The notes under the pieces: generated by a model
What the model saw: only the letters and a program-made list of their open reading frames with translations
Told to the model about the DNA's origin: nothing
The model's database searches: none
Made by a program: the position numbers and the translations under genes
Assembly: GCA_043228905.1 (NCBI GenBank)
Contig: JBHGNT010000014.1
Coordinates: forward strand, 6,572,001-6,636,000
Length of the DNA: 64,000 bases
Reading direction: 5' to 3'
Source: Azolla caroliniana
Taxonomy: Eukaryota; Plantae; Polypodiophyta
In this document: positions 1 through 12,346 of the stretch, one piece after another
Position numbering within the stretch: position 1 is the first letter of the stretch
Layout of the letters: every line of letters begins with the position of its first letter

Positions 1-78
1 AAAAATTGCAATTCTTATGTGTTTGTCATACCAATATTACCAAGATTTGGTTTGACATTGGGGGTGACACTTTGATAG

Positions 79-674
79 GAGTTGAGGCTGGTAAGAAAGC
101 TGCAGCCGAAGTGTTGGCACTACAGAAGAGGGTCCTTTCAGTTCTTAACAGTGCCAGGTAAAGGAAATTGATGTGGCCATTAGCTCATCATGGAAGCCAT
201 TTAGAAAGGGGATAGCAACCTTCATATGATGTGTGTATTTTGTGTGAAGATAAATATGCATGTACATATATGTAAGTGTGTGCGTGTGTACACACACACA
301 CACACATGCATCCATCCATCCATGCATATATATGGTTTGATTCCAACTTGATTATATATATTTTAATTCAGCTGTAAGGATCCCATCGAGCCTTTAACTG
401 TCGAACAAATTGCAGAGCGATGCCATGCTAGTGACCAGGTTTTAGCAGTTGTCAATGCACAAAGTCTTTTGTTTCTGCTAGGAATTTTAAAATACAGAAT
501 TTTTTACCTTTCTTGGTTTTCTGGTATTCTTTCTTTCAGATAGAGATGGTTTATAAGATAGTTGCACACATGGCGTCCAATGATAGGCTCGTGATTGCCG
601 AGGGACAATGCGGGTCCCCACGAAGCATTAAGGTTTACACAGGAGAGTGCAGTGTTGAAGAGCTATATGTGTAG
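79..674 (+). CDS. PGI1: 3' end (last three exons) of plastidic glucose-6-phosphate isomerase
   Basis: Exons 79-157, 372-438 and 540-674 with GT-AG introns splice to (G)[92 protein letters not shown]. This matches the plant plastid PGI C-terminus as I recall it. AATAAA at ~755. Confidence 0.93.
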
Positions 675-1657
675 AAGGGATGTGTCGATTCGGCTACTAC
701 CTTAACACCACTCTACCTTGAAGTTGAGATGGAATGGTCTGAGAGCCTGTGTAAAATAAAAATTTGAACTCCCAATTGGATCAAGATCAATCTTTTTGGT
801 TATAACACCCAAGTGGAATTTTGTCATTGTCTAGTTTAGTTACATGCCTTACCACTTGTAATAAGAAGAGTGATATATTCGCATGTATATCAGTCATCAA
901 AATGCCTTCAATGGAGATACGATACACATCAATCACATAATCTGTTTCATTGCTTTGACTTTTAAAGTTCTCCAATACAATGAGAGCCTTTTTTTTTCGC
1001 TTGCTATGAATTGTGCAATCATTAACTTAGATGGATATCAACGCAATCAACCGTTGTGTATCTTACCTTTGCTTTCAAGCTTCATCAATGCAATGTAGAA
1101 GTAATATTGCATAGCTATGTGTGGAGCATGGTATTGGTATGGATGATATGTCATGAAAAGAGGGGTATGTTTTGGACATTTAATGTTATAGACCAATTAC
1201 AAGTAACCATAAATGTGATGCTTGAGAGGAAGAAAAATGTTTTTGTGAAGATATCATTGGGATGAACAAGTGCCAACTCATGTCTTATGTGGCCAATGAA
1301 AAGAGTTGTACATTGAATATGGTAGATGGGTTAGTTGTTAACGCTATAATATATCATATAGATAAGAATGTTAAGAGTGTAATCCTGGGTTAGATCGTAT
1401 TTCTCTCACTGACTTGATTCCATATTTGCTCATTTTAGAGCACATGAGCTAGAGCTCTTCTTGTTATCAAACCCTCTTTTGCAATTGTGTTTCAACACTC
1501 TACTAATGATAGTATAATTGTTTGTTAAATATCTATGGATGCATCTGAATTGTTTTTTGTGAAGTATTTAACATGGGTACATCTATGGTCACAATGTTTT
1601 GCACTTGGTTTTGGATTACTTTGAGCTCATGGACACTGTGCTCGAATAGATGTTGAG

Positions 1658-1770
1658 CCTACAGGAGGAATCAATCCAAAGAACTTGACAGCGACATCCT
1701 ACAGGAGGAATCAATCCAAAGAACTTGAAGGTGACATCCTCCGGGAGGAATCAATCCAAAGATCTTGACA
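1658..1770. repeat. 40-bp tandem repeat, ~3 copies
   Basis: CCTACAGGAGGAATCAATCCAAAGAACTTGA... unit recurs at 1658, 1698 and 1738. Confidence 0.9.
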
Positions 1771-2824
1771 TCCATGAATCGCTCCACCAACTGTTATAGA
1801 ATTGCTCATGTGAGAAACAACATATAATGCGGATGCTCTTCATGCTGTTTGTTGTGGGGACAAGTCATTCACTAGGTGGTGTTGTCCCTAATTCAAAAAC
1901 CCAACTTCTGTTTGCAAATTCCTTGAGAATTCTACCGGATCAATATGAAGAGATAGTGAAAAACTGATCCTAATCCAAAGCTTGAAGAGTCAGTTGGACT
2001 TTGATTAGATGGATGGCGGAAGGACAGAAAGCACAAGTTGTTTATCACTATAGATAAATCATCCAGAGGAACAAATGGTAGCTATTGGGTTGCTGAAAAA
2101 TCACAGGCCAAATTTGGAGGTTCCGCATTCTCTTGTAGATCGAGTAGAGAAGGGCTGAAAAATCGAACAAGAACTTTCGCTCAATGTGAAGAGGCCAAAT
2201 GGCATTGTAAAATCCACAAAAGACATTAATACAAGTCTTTTTCAGCTTCTTCTTAACATTCAGTAAACTTGATCTAGAGGGTAAGCGTCTTTTAATTATT
2301 TTTGCTTTCTCATTTGCTACAACATTAATTAATACTTCGTTTAACTTAATCTTGTGTTAAACCAGAGCATTAAGTGTTGGGGTTGATAGTCATGGCTATT
2401 GAACACCATCTTTTTTCTATCTCAGTAAAGTATTTTCACACTTCATCTTTGCTTTCCTTGTCTATTGTGTTAAATACCTTAACATCTATGTTTAAGTGAT
2501 TACGTCATGATCAAGTATTAAGTTTAGAGTTCGCTTACTCCTTGGCTCGACCGTACCCAAAAACGATATTGAATTGAAGAAGAGAATAAGAAAAGACGAG
2601 GGAAATAAAAGAAGAATCTAAATGTATTAACAAGAAGAACTAGATCACAAGAATATGTGGAAAGCTAGCATTGAACCGGAATGGTTCACCAATTGCTAGA
2701 GCACATGCTTATATAACATTAACAAACAATGCCATTGATATATTGAACACCTTCATTTGCCATGTGAACTTGATAGGCATGATCACATGATCACTTGCAT
2801 TTGTGTAAGTTTCATTTGCTGCAC

Positions 2825-3108
2825 CAAGTGATGATTAAAAAAATTATGAGGACTACCAGAATCAAACAAGAAATCACTCTCACGCTCTAAGGTCCTTTGA
2901 GACCTTCATTCCTCCTTCATCCTGCAATCATCCATCTTGGTTGGGAGAAACTCAAGTGATGATTAAGATAATTGTGAGGATGACCAGAATCAAACAAGAA
3001 ATCACTCTCACATTCTAAGGTCCTTTGAGACCTTCATTCCTCCTTCGTCCTGCAATCATCCATCTCGATTGGGAGAAACTCGAGTGATGATTAAGAAAAT
3101 TGTGAAGA
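2825..3108. repeat. 128-bp tandem duplication, ~2.2 copies
   Basis: CAAGTGATGATTAA...GGGAGAAACT unit starts at 2825, 2953 and 3081. Confidence 0.88.
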
Positions 3109-5284
3109 CTGGGAGAAACCCGATTCCCAAAATCACACTTTTGGCCTCTCGCAGTTCCTCATGTTTGGGACTCGTTTCTTTTGCCTTGATCAGGCAAACC
3201 TTCACCGCCAATGCCTTAACTTGAACTTGGGAGTCCCACTCATCTTCTACTTCCTTGAGCTCTACTTGCGCTCCCGACACTCGAGAGGAATCCCCTTCTC
3301 GAATGGGGTGCTCTCGAGTTAAGTGTGCACCTCCACACAAGCAACCTCGATCGTGTTGGGACATTCTTCAGTGTATACCTCTCCTCTCGCTCCTCAACTA
3401 TGGGGTACTCACAAAAAAGATAAGCAAAAAGAGAAGCAACAAACATGTCTTGTGTTATTGTTTTGTTCAATTTCTTTTTGGTTCATGGAAACACCACCAT
3501 TGAACTACGACATAACTCCAAGAACAAAGCTTCCAATGCCGAAAGACAAGAGCCGGAAATGAAGACCTCCGAAAGGTCGAAAACCTAATACAAAGAAGAG
3601 TCAAAGAAGAAAAGAAAACCGTAGTTTGTTAAAACCCAAAAAAGAAAGAAGAAACCTCCAATGCATTAAAATTCAAGAAGACAAATTGATGAAGCTTCTA
3701 AATGAGTGCTCTCCCTTCTTTTTATACGAAGACAACGTCCCATCTGCATTGAATGCATTTATTCCTCTTTTCCTTCAAAAAGAAAGGATGAATAAAATAC
3801 TTAGTAATTTCGCACGTTGCATTGTAGAGATTCAAACTTTGCACCCTTTGAACCAAGTGAAGGACTCTAATTTTCTTAAATATATATGTCCAATCATAGA
3901 TTGACACATGCGTGTTATTCGTGATATTCTCCATGCGCAATATTCTCAATATTCGAGAATATGAAATGGCCCCAAGAATATTTAAAAACCATTCGTTTTG
4001 CAAAATAATATAAACATTTTATTTATTTATTTAAATAAATTTATTTCACCAAAAAAAGAACAATTATTCATTAATAGATTATAAAGAGAGTTTATACAAC
4101 TTATTTTAATTAATCAATTTTTAAAAAACGAATGTTTTTATATTTATTATACAAATATGATTAGTATGAATTTTGAAGATATGATTAGTTTGAAGTACTA
4201 TTTTTAATGTCAAAATAAAAATATCCATAAATTTTGAGAGAATAAAAAGTGAGAAATTAATGAGCCGTTATTTTATTTTATTTATTTATTAAAAATAAAA
4301 CGAATACTTATAACTTATAAGTTATGCATTTATTATAAAAATTTAGTAGCGTCAAGTCTCCAAGTCCCTCTTTTATTATCCCTATTTATTGTCAAGTTCC
4401 TTTTTTTTATCCTAGGAAATTAAAAAAGAGGGAGTTTTTTTGGGGGGGGAGGTTAAACGAATACTTGACCACCCATTTGTATCCGTATTCGTTTGCATTC
4501 GAATGGGAAACTCGACGAATGCAAATATGTCAATCTATGTGTACAATCTGTGCCTCCCTTTGCTTCCCCTTTTCCCCACGTTTCCATCCTTTTCCTTTTC
4601 CCTTTTCCCCCACGTTTCCACCATTTCTTTTTCCCCTTCTCCCCACATTTCTCACCTTCAATCACACCAAATCACCACAATGGTAGTGCATGGCGGGTGA
4701 CGTGGCCATAAAAAATGTTGAGCAACTAGGAAACACCCTCATGTTATGTCAACCCTATGGTAAACGTGCATGTACGTTGCGTTATCCATGGGTAAGGTCT
4801 TTCCAATCCCATCATAGGGCATGGCATGCGGTGTCATCATAAAAAAATGTTGGGCGCCCACCACCCTCTTGGGACATCACCATTGTGGTAAACAACGACA
4901 TATGCATGGGGCATCAACGTATCTATCCCTAAATTAGGGTTAAGTTACACAATTATTTAGACACACTGAGGTATCTAGTTTACATGACGACACATGTGGG
5001 TTTCTTAAGGTAGTTCACATGCACCCCATTGCCCACACACTCGATACAACCATATTGATATATAGTGGGTGTATTTTTTTTGGTGGGTGGTGATGCATTG
5101 GGTTTCAAATCAGGGGAGGATATATATATATACCTTCTCTAGGAGCCAAAGCCTTAGCCTTAGCCTTAACTGCTCATCATTTCTTTGTACAACTAGTGGG
5201 TCTATAACAATTAGTTGGTCTTCGCCAAAGGAAAGAGTTGACTACAAGATTTTTGCACTCGTTGTGATGCCCAATACTATTAGA

Positions 5285-5880
5285 TCAATGTTGAGTATTG
5301 TTTCCATAAATAATGTCAAGTAGTGTTTCCATTGAAGATGTTTATCTTAAACATTTAGATGTGAAGACTTGAATGAGGAGATATATACATGCTCCAACCA
5401 CAAGGTTTCTTAGCAAGAGGGTAGGAAATCGTGGTATGTCTCTTGAACATTTAGACATGAAGACTTGAATGAGGAGATATACATGCTCCAACCACAATGT
5501 TTCTTAGCAAGAGGGAAGAAAATATTGGTATTTATAATTTAGAAGACTTTGTATGGATCAATGTTGAGTGTTGTTGCCATAACAATGTTGAGTATTGTTT
5601 CCATTCAAACTCATTAACTTGAACTTTAGACATGAATAATGCATTTCTTCACGAAGACTTGCACGAAGACTTGAATGAGGGGATATACATGCACCAACTA
5701 TAATGTTTCTCCGAAAGAGGGTAGAAAAACATGATATACAAAATTAAGAAGATGATGATATTCGAAGGTTGAAGCAATAATTGTCAAAGAAGTTTGACAT
5801 GAACTTAGGTACAACAAAGAATATTCTTGGAATGCAAATTAGAAGAGACAAGCATAGTGAAATTTTGTAGCTATCTTGTA
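5285..5880 (+). pseudogene. Highly degenerate Ty1/Copia RT remnant with internal tandem duplications
   Basis: Three imperfect copies of the HLDVKT..LNEEIYMxQP motif region (~5350, ~5448, ~5625), followed by a remnant resembling LSKKFDMxLG..ILGMQI. Confidence 0.7.
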
Positions 5881-5935
5881 AAGAAGCTTGACTAGCTTCT
5901 GTTGGGGAAATTTACACACAATCGGCTTGGCCGAA

Positions 5936-6392
5936 TGTTGTCCAGAGGACAGAAATGTAAAATTAGGAAATTAGCAAACGCCGAGTTCGAGTATCATGGG
6001 CCACCGACAGCTCGGCTGTGTATTAGGGGAAAAATTATTTAAACGAGGAGCAGTACCTCAGAGGAGAGGGAGAAGAAAACTATAGGCGGAAGCACTAGCT
6101 TAGTCATTCGAGATTAGATAAACTCGTAAGGTCACCAGCCATAGGCCGTGTTTTGTAATCTTTTCTGCCATAGTAATATATCTTATTTGTGCTTAGTTTT
6201 GCTGCATGAGTTTGTGCTTTGATCCATACCTATGAGTTTCACACCGCCATGTCTATCAAGACCTCGCTAGTGTTTTCTCTCTGAGCCCTGTATCTCTCTC
6301 GACGCCTCTGTTACGAGCCTTCACGTACCACGCCCTTGAAGACCGATAGACGCAGATCTATCGAAGGTGTTCACCCAAAGGAACGGGTAACA
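5936..6392 (+). repeat. 5' LTR of Gypsy I
   Basis: TGTTGTCCAG...GGGTAACA, direct repeat of 15298-15754. Confidence 0.95.
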
Positions 6393-6397
6393 CAATT

Positions 6398-6410
6398 TGG
6401 CACGCCCGGT
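6398..6410 (+). promoter_or_regulatory. Primer binding site, tRNA-Arg(UCU)-type
   Basis: TGGCACGCCCGGT, 5 nt after the LTR, complementary to the plant tRNA-Arg(UCU) 3' end ...ACCGGGCGUGCCA (recalled sequence). Confidence 0.8.
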
Positions 6411-6583
6411 TACAGCTGTGAGTGCATAGCGAACTTCGTTGAAGGTAACCACCAGCCGCCGTTACGGCGCCCTCTCGCACCACAAGGTCTCGGCCACCTG
6501 CCCGACGCCCTGAGCCAGTCGAAGGAACTTCCGACTCGGCGGTCACTGACCAATCCTTTCCCGATCAATCAGAGGCTTGTCCA

Positions 6584-9500
6584 GTGCAATCCTCGCCACT
6601 GGACACTCGATCGCGAGTTGATTCACCACCAGAACCCCTATCGAGCCCTCCGGAGGTCAATCAACCGGAACTAAACCCTTTTCCGGTGCTACCAGAAGAC
6701 CCACAGTACGACATCATGCCGTACCCATACCCACGATATGCCGACGGACCAGACGCGGAGTCACACGTCCGTGCCTTCATATCCACGTGGCAGGCTAACC
6801 ACTCCACGCACCGCCTCACGCTGGCCGAAATCGATGCCTCGAAGATTGCCGAGTTCAGACTCTCCCTCGATGGACCGGCCGCACGATGGTACTCTCGCCT
6901 CGAAATAGGAGAGGCCACCACTTTCCAAATTGTGCGCACAAAGTTCCTTGAACTTTTTCATCGCGAGGTGCCTAAATGGGAACTGCTCCGGCAATTCTTC
7001 TCTATATGCCAGGAACCGCACGAAATGGTCGCGCAGTTCACGATCCGGTTCTAGGATCTCTACAGACAAGTGGCTGATGATGTCTCGGCACAACATATAC
7101 CGGACACTTTCCTATCCAGTTTAAGAGAGCCTCTATGAACGACTCTCGCACTTACAAATTTCGCCAACCATACTATCGAACAAGTCATAGCGCGCGTTCT
7201 CGCCCTCGATCAGAACCAACACGGCACGACTTTCTCGATGACATCCTTACAAAATGCTCTTCCCCAAGAGGACAATCGCTTTCGCCAAGCCCTCCAATGC
7301 ACTGCGTGTTCAGGATCAGGGCACCTGGCCCTCGAATGTCCCCACCGACCACAGTGTCCGATCTGTCAGTCTCGAGCTCACACGGTCGAGCAGTGCGAAT
7401 ATAATATGCTGAACCACACAACGACGGCACCAGTCCGCCAGATTGAGCCACGAAATACATACTCTCGGCAGGACGAGCGATATATCTACCGAAACCAGGA
7501 TAACGACCAACCGCGATTCCCGGATCGATGGCGCCGGGACGACGACTACCAACGTGATAACCGCCGTGATTATTATCGCGATGACTGGCACGACGATTAT
7601 GCTCGATACGACGACGATCGCGATGATCGGTATGACCGAAGAAACTCACGCATTGATCGGCGAAACGGCAACCGCAACACACGCAACAATAGAAGACCTA
7701 ATCACAACCGCCGACGAGACTCTCCTCAACAGGACCAGCGCAACTCCAACGCACCTCGGAACAACCCACCAACAAACGAGACCAAGGATCAACAACAACA
7801 GCTTCCACACACAGACCGAGCGGACACCAGCAGCTCGGCCAACGTGACATGTTTTAAATGTAATCAACCAGGCCACTACGCCACGCAATGTCCGACAACC
7901 AACCGTGGCAAGGCACCCGCGGTGAACAATATCATGGCCGATGTTCAAACAGTCACTACCCGGAGTAAAGCGCAGACTACTCAGTGGCAAATCCAGGATG
8001 ACGTACGATAGGCAGCAAAAGAATGGGTCGACACGGCCAATAAAAATAATGCCATACGCATGCAAACTGACATGAGGGACGGGCCCAGTGAAGTACCACA
8101 AACCTCGGCACCATCCACGTCGTCGGAGGACGATCAACTATGGGATGTTCTTACCAACTCCCGCATCTCGTTGCCCCTACATAAACTGCTACCACTCATG
8201 CCGAGATTTCGGGACACCCTGGCGGCACTCCAGGCCAATACTAAGCCCGTGATGCCACCGGTACACCTCACCGAAGCAGGAACCGGTCCACCACTCATGG
8301 ATTCTCAGAACCCAGCCGTGCGAATCATCATTAAGGGACAAGAGCTGCACGGATGCATCATCGACGGCGGATCCGGTGTAAACGTTATTAGCGAGTCAAC
8401 GTGTCTCAACCTCGGCTTGAAGCAATGGGAACCATGCCCCTTTTGGCTTCGGATGGCCGACACCCGCTCTATTCGCCCCATTGGTTTAATCCGCCATCTC
8501 GACTTCACACTCGGAGGCCACATGTTCACGATCTCGGCCGTCGTGTTACGACTGGAGACACAAGGCGCCTACCCAATGTTACTAGGTCGACCATGGTTGC
8601 GTACAACGAATATCAAGCAACATTGGCAACGCAACATGATCTCGTTCCGAAGAGGGAAGACAAAAGTCCGAATCATCACTGAAGAATGAGTCCCCGTCGC
8701 CCTCAACACTTCGCCGTTATACGCGGAAGGGGTCCATATGCTCGACGGGTTGGCCGATGAGGAGGTTGATGACTTCCTAGATGATCATCCCACGATCATC
8801 CCTCTCTTCGAAATCAATGCCTTACCAACCATCGAGCCATCTAAAGACGAGGAAGTCACGGAGGAGTCACCACCCCAGGATGAACCCGATGCAACCACAG
8901 TTGCCGAGCTACATCATGCTCGGGAGGCTTTCGAACGCGAACTCGCCATTTCACAACGAGTGAAAGCATCAACCCTGGAAACAATAAACCTCGGTTCGGA
9001 TGAGAATCCCTGTACGGTACAAATTGTTAATAATCTACCAACCGGCGAACGGGCATGCCTCGTAAAATTACTCACCGACTACCAGGATGTTTTCGCTTGG
9101 TCTTACACCAATATGAAGGGGCTGGATCCTCAATACTACCAACATCAAATTCACATCTTACCCGACACTCGGCCGGTTCAGCAGAGGCGCTACAGGATGA
9201 ACCCCAACTATGCCGCTAAAGTCAAAGAGGAAATTGACAAACTACTCCGAGTGGGCTTCATTCGCCCTGTTAAACGGGCTACATGGTTGAGCCCGATCGT
9301 AGTGGTCCCAAAGAAGAACGGAAAAATCTGCGTCGACTATCGGAAGCTTAACGCGGCAACGGTCACCGACGGTTTCCCTCTCCCATTCACGGATAGCGTC
9401 CTCGACATGGTCGCCGGCCACGAATGCTACAGTTTCCTCGACGGGTTCAACGGCTATAACCAGATAAGAATGCACCCGGAGGATCAGGAGAAAACTGCTT

Positions 9501-11822
9501 TCGTCACGGAATGGGGTGTTTTTGTAGCAGAAGTTATGATGTTCGGTCTAAAAACGACGCTGGCTACGTTCCAGCGCATCATCACCGAAATCTTTCATGA
9601 CTACATCCCGGCGTTCATGCAAGTCTTTCTCGACGATTTCGCCGTGTATGGCCATCGACGGGAACACATGACCCAGTTACGACTCTGCCTGGACCGATGT
9701 CGTCAAGCTCGATTGAGTTTAAACCTGGCGAAATGCGCGTTCTTAGTCACCAGCGGCAACCTTCTTGGCCACATTGTCAGTCAAGAAGGCATCGCTATGG
9801 ACCCGGATAAAGTAAAGGCAATCCTGAATGCCACCGCACCCTCAAACGCTAAGGCACTAAGGCGTTTTTTGGGACAGATCCGGTGGCACAGCCGAATGAT
9901 ACGACACCTGGACGATTTCGCTACATCCTTACACTCGGCAGTCCATCGCCTTCCTTTCCAATGGACGTCAATCGAGGACACGGCCTATCAGACCCTGAAA
10001 CGAACGCTGTCACATGCCCCGGTGGTCCAGTCTCCAGTTTGGTCTGAACCGTTTCATGTCTTTGTAGATGCTTCGGACATCGCCATTGGAAGTGCTCTGA
10101 TGCAATGCACACCCCCGAATTGGTATAGGCCCGTGTACTACGCCAGGCGATGGCTCTCGACCGCGGAAAAGAATTACTCCACCACCGAGCGGGAGGCCGA
10201 AAATTTCGGCATTACCTCTTGGGCCGAAAATTTACCTTTCACGTGGATCACTCGACCCTTCTTTATTTGGTCAATAAACAAGCCCTCACTGGATGGTTGG
10301 CTCGGTGGATGCTCCTACTACAAGAGTTTGATTTTCAGATTCAGCATCAACCCGGGGTACAACATGCCGTCGCTGACTACTTGAGCCGTCTTGAGTTAGG
10401 AGAACCGGCGAAAACAATGTACGACGAGCTACCGGATGCCAGCCTATTTAACCTGACCACAGTACTAGACAATAACGGAGATGAATGGATCACGGAGATG
10501 ACCCATTTTCTCACTACCGGTGTACCTCTCGAGCACATGACCCTTGACACGAGAAAACGCCTAGCAGTGCGTAGCCGGAATTTTTGCCTCGTCTCGGACA
10601 TTCTCTACCACAAAGGCTCGGACGACATATGGCGCCGAGCGATTCGGCAATTCGAGAAGAACGCCGTTCTTCAGGAAGCCCACCAGGGAGTAGCTGGGGG
10701 ACACTACGCCGGGGATTCCACGGCAAGGAAAGTTTGGCAAAGTGGATTATGGTGGCCGACAACGAAGAAAGACGCTCACGAGTTTTGCCGGCAGTGCGAT
10801 TTGTGCCAACGTCTGGGGCAACCAATGGAACAGTCACGGATGCCACACTAGCCAATTCTTCCGTTGGACCCATTTCAAAAATGGGGTTTGGATTTTGTAG
10901 GCCCTTTCAAACCACCCGCGGCCCGAACAGGGAATAGGTATATTATCGTTGCCACAGATTACTGCACCAAATGGGTCGAGGCTAAGGCACTCCGAGATAA
11001 CACGACGGCATCCACGACTAAATTTGTGTACGAGCACCTCTGGTGCCATTACGGATGTCCAATCGAGCTCGTTAGTGACCAAGGTGGGCACTTCATCAAT
11101 CATATAATACGTGAGCTTACACACCACTACGCGGTGGTGCACAAGAAAAGCACACCATACTACCCGCAGGCGAACGGCTTGGCCGAATCGACCAATAAAA
11201 TCCTCCAAACCATACTGAAGAAGATCATCAATGAAAACAGGACCGATTGGGATGACAAACTCCAAATCGCGCTGTGGGCGTATCGTACGACTTTCAAAAC
11301 AAGCATCCAATCGACCCCCTTTCGAATGGCGTTCGGGTTAGAAGCCGTAATGCCCGTCGAGTTCCAAGTGCTGAGCCTCCGAGTTCAAGTCAAAGCATAG
11401 CTCCCCGAGGCCGAATCCGAGCAATACCGGCTGAAACAACTCCTCGAACTCGGGGAAGATAGGATAGAGAGTATGGCCCAGCTTGAACAACGCCAACGGC
11501 AACGCAAGGCTTTCGTGGATCAACATCGACATGGGCTGGAGAAGGAGCTCACCATCGGCAAACCAGTTCTTCTTTTCCAAACACGACTCGGGTCAATGCC
11601 GGGAAAATTAAGATTCCGGTGGACCAGTCCATTCTGGATTATCGACGAGTTCAACGAGACGTTCTAGCTTGGCACACTCGCCGGCGACACGGTCAAAAGC
11701 TGGGCCAATGGTTTTCGACTTCGACCATATCGAGGGACTACACCACCCAACCCGTTTACCGAGCCACACGGCACAAACAAGACTCGGGAGATCACCACGG
11801 AGGACGCCACGTGTCCCCTTGA
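6584..11822 (+). pseudogene. gag-pol of Gypsy I, interrupted by stops and frameshifts
   Basis: Gag with CCHC knuckles (CTACSGSGHLALEC, CPICQSRAHTVEQC, CFKCNQPGHYATQC); PR IIDGGSGVN; RT CVDYRKLN...FLDDF; RH VFVDASD; [25 protein letters not shown]. Confidence 0.93.
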
Positions 11823-12346
11823 ATAACCTTCTTGAAATTAATAAAAGTAGTAGTAGGTAGGATTAACCATAGTTTAGCCACTGATTAGCTACACCTACAC
11901 CACCCTCCTAGGCACCCACAATTTTAGGAGCACCCCTCGCCACCACTCAGTTAGTACCTATTTAAGCTGTTCACACATGCAAAGCACATGCAAAGCACTA
12001 GAAGCACCCCACTCACCTTCAGGACACGTGGTGCTAGTCACTTATTATGGCACCCACGACTCAGAATCTTCAGGATTCGCTTCAGGCACAAAACCCTAGG
12101 AATAAGTTACTAGAACCGTTTCCAAAATGCAACATAGACCATTATCGCTCCCCATCTCCATCGCTCTCAAGATCAGAAACCCCGTCTCGCCCTCATCACG
12201 CTAAGCGCTCTTGCTCTCAAGCCTTCTTTCGCTCTCATAACCTCTCTACTGGACTTCCCCTTCCTGCTGTTCCTCCTGTGGCTCGCCCTCGCCTCATCAC
12301 TTTGCTTCACGCTTCCACACAGTCGAACCCCGCCTCCATCTCCACC

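Noticed and set aside
1658-1770. Possible CRISPR-like array
   Set aside because: Contiguous 40-bp tandem units with no unique spacers, in eukaryotic DNA with no cas genes.
1900-2230. Copia gag-like remnant (LRILPDQYEEIV)
   Set aside because: Too short and degenerate to support.
3100-5100. Short ORFs and an AT-rich stretch as a gene or DNA transposon
   Set aside because: No recognisable domain, TIRs or TSD found by eye.
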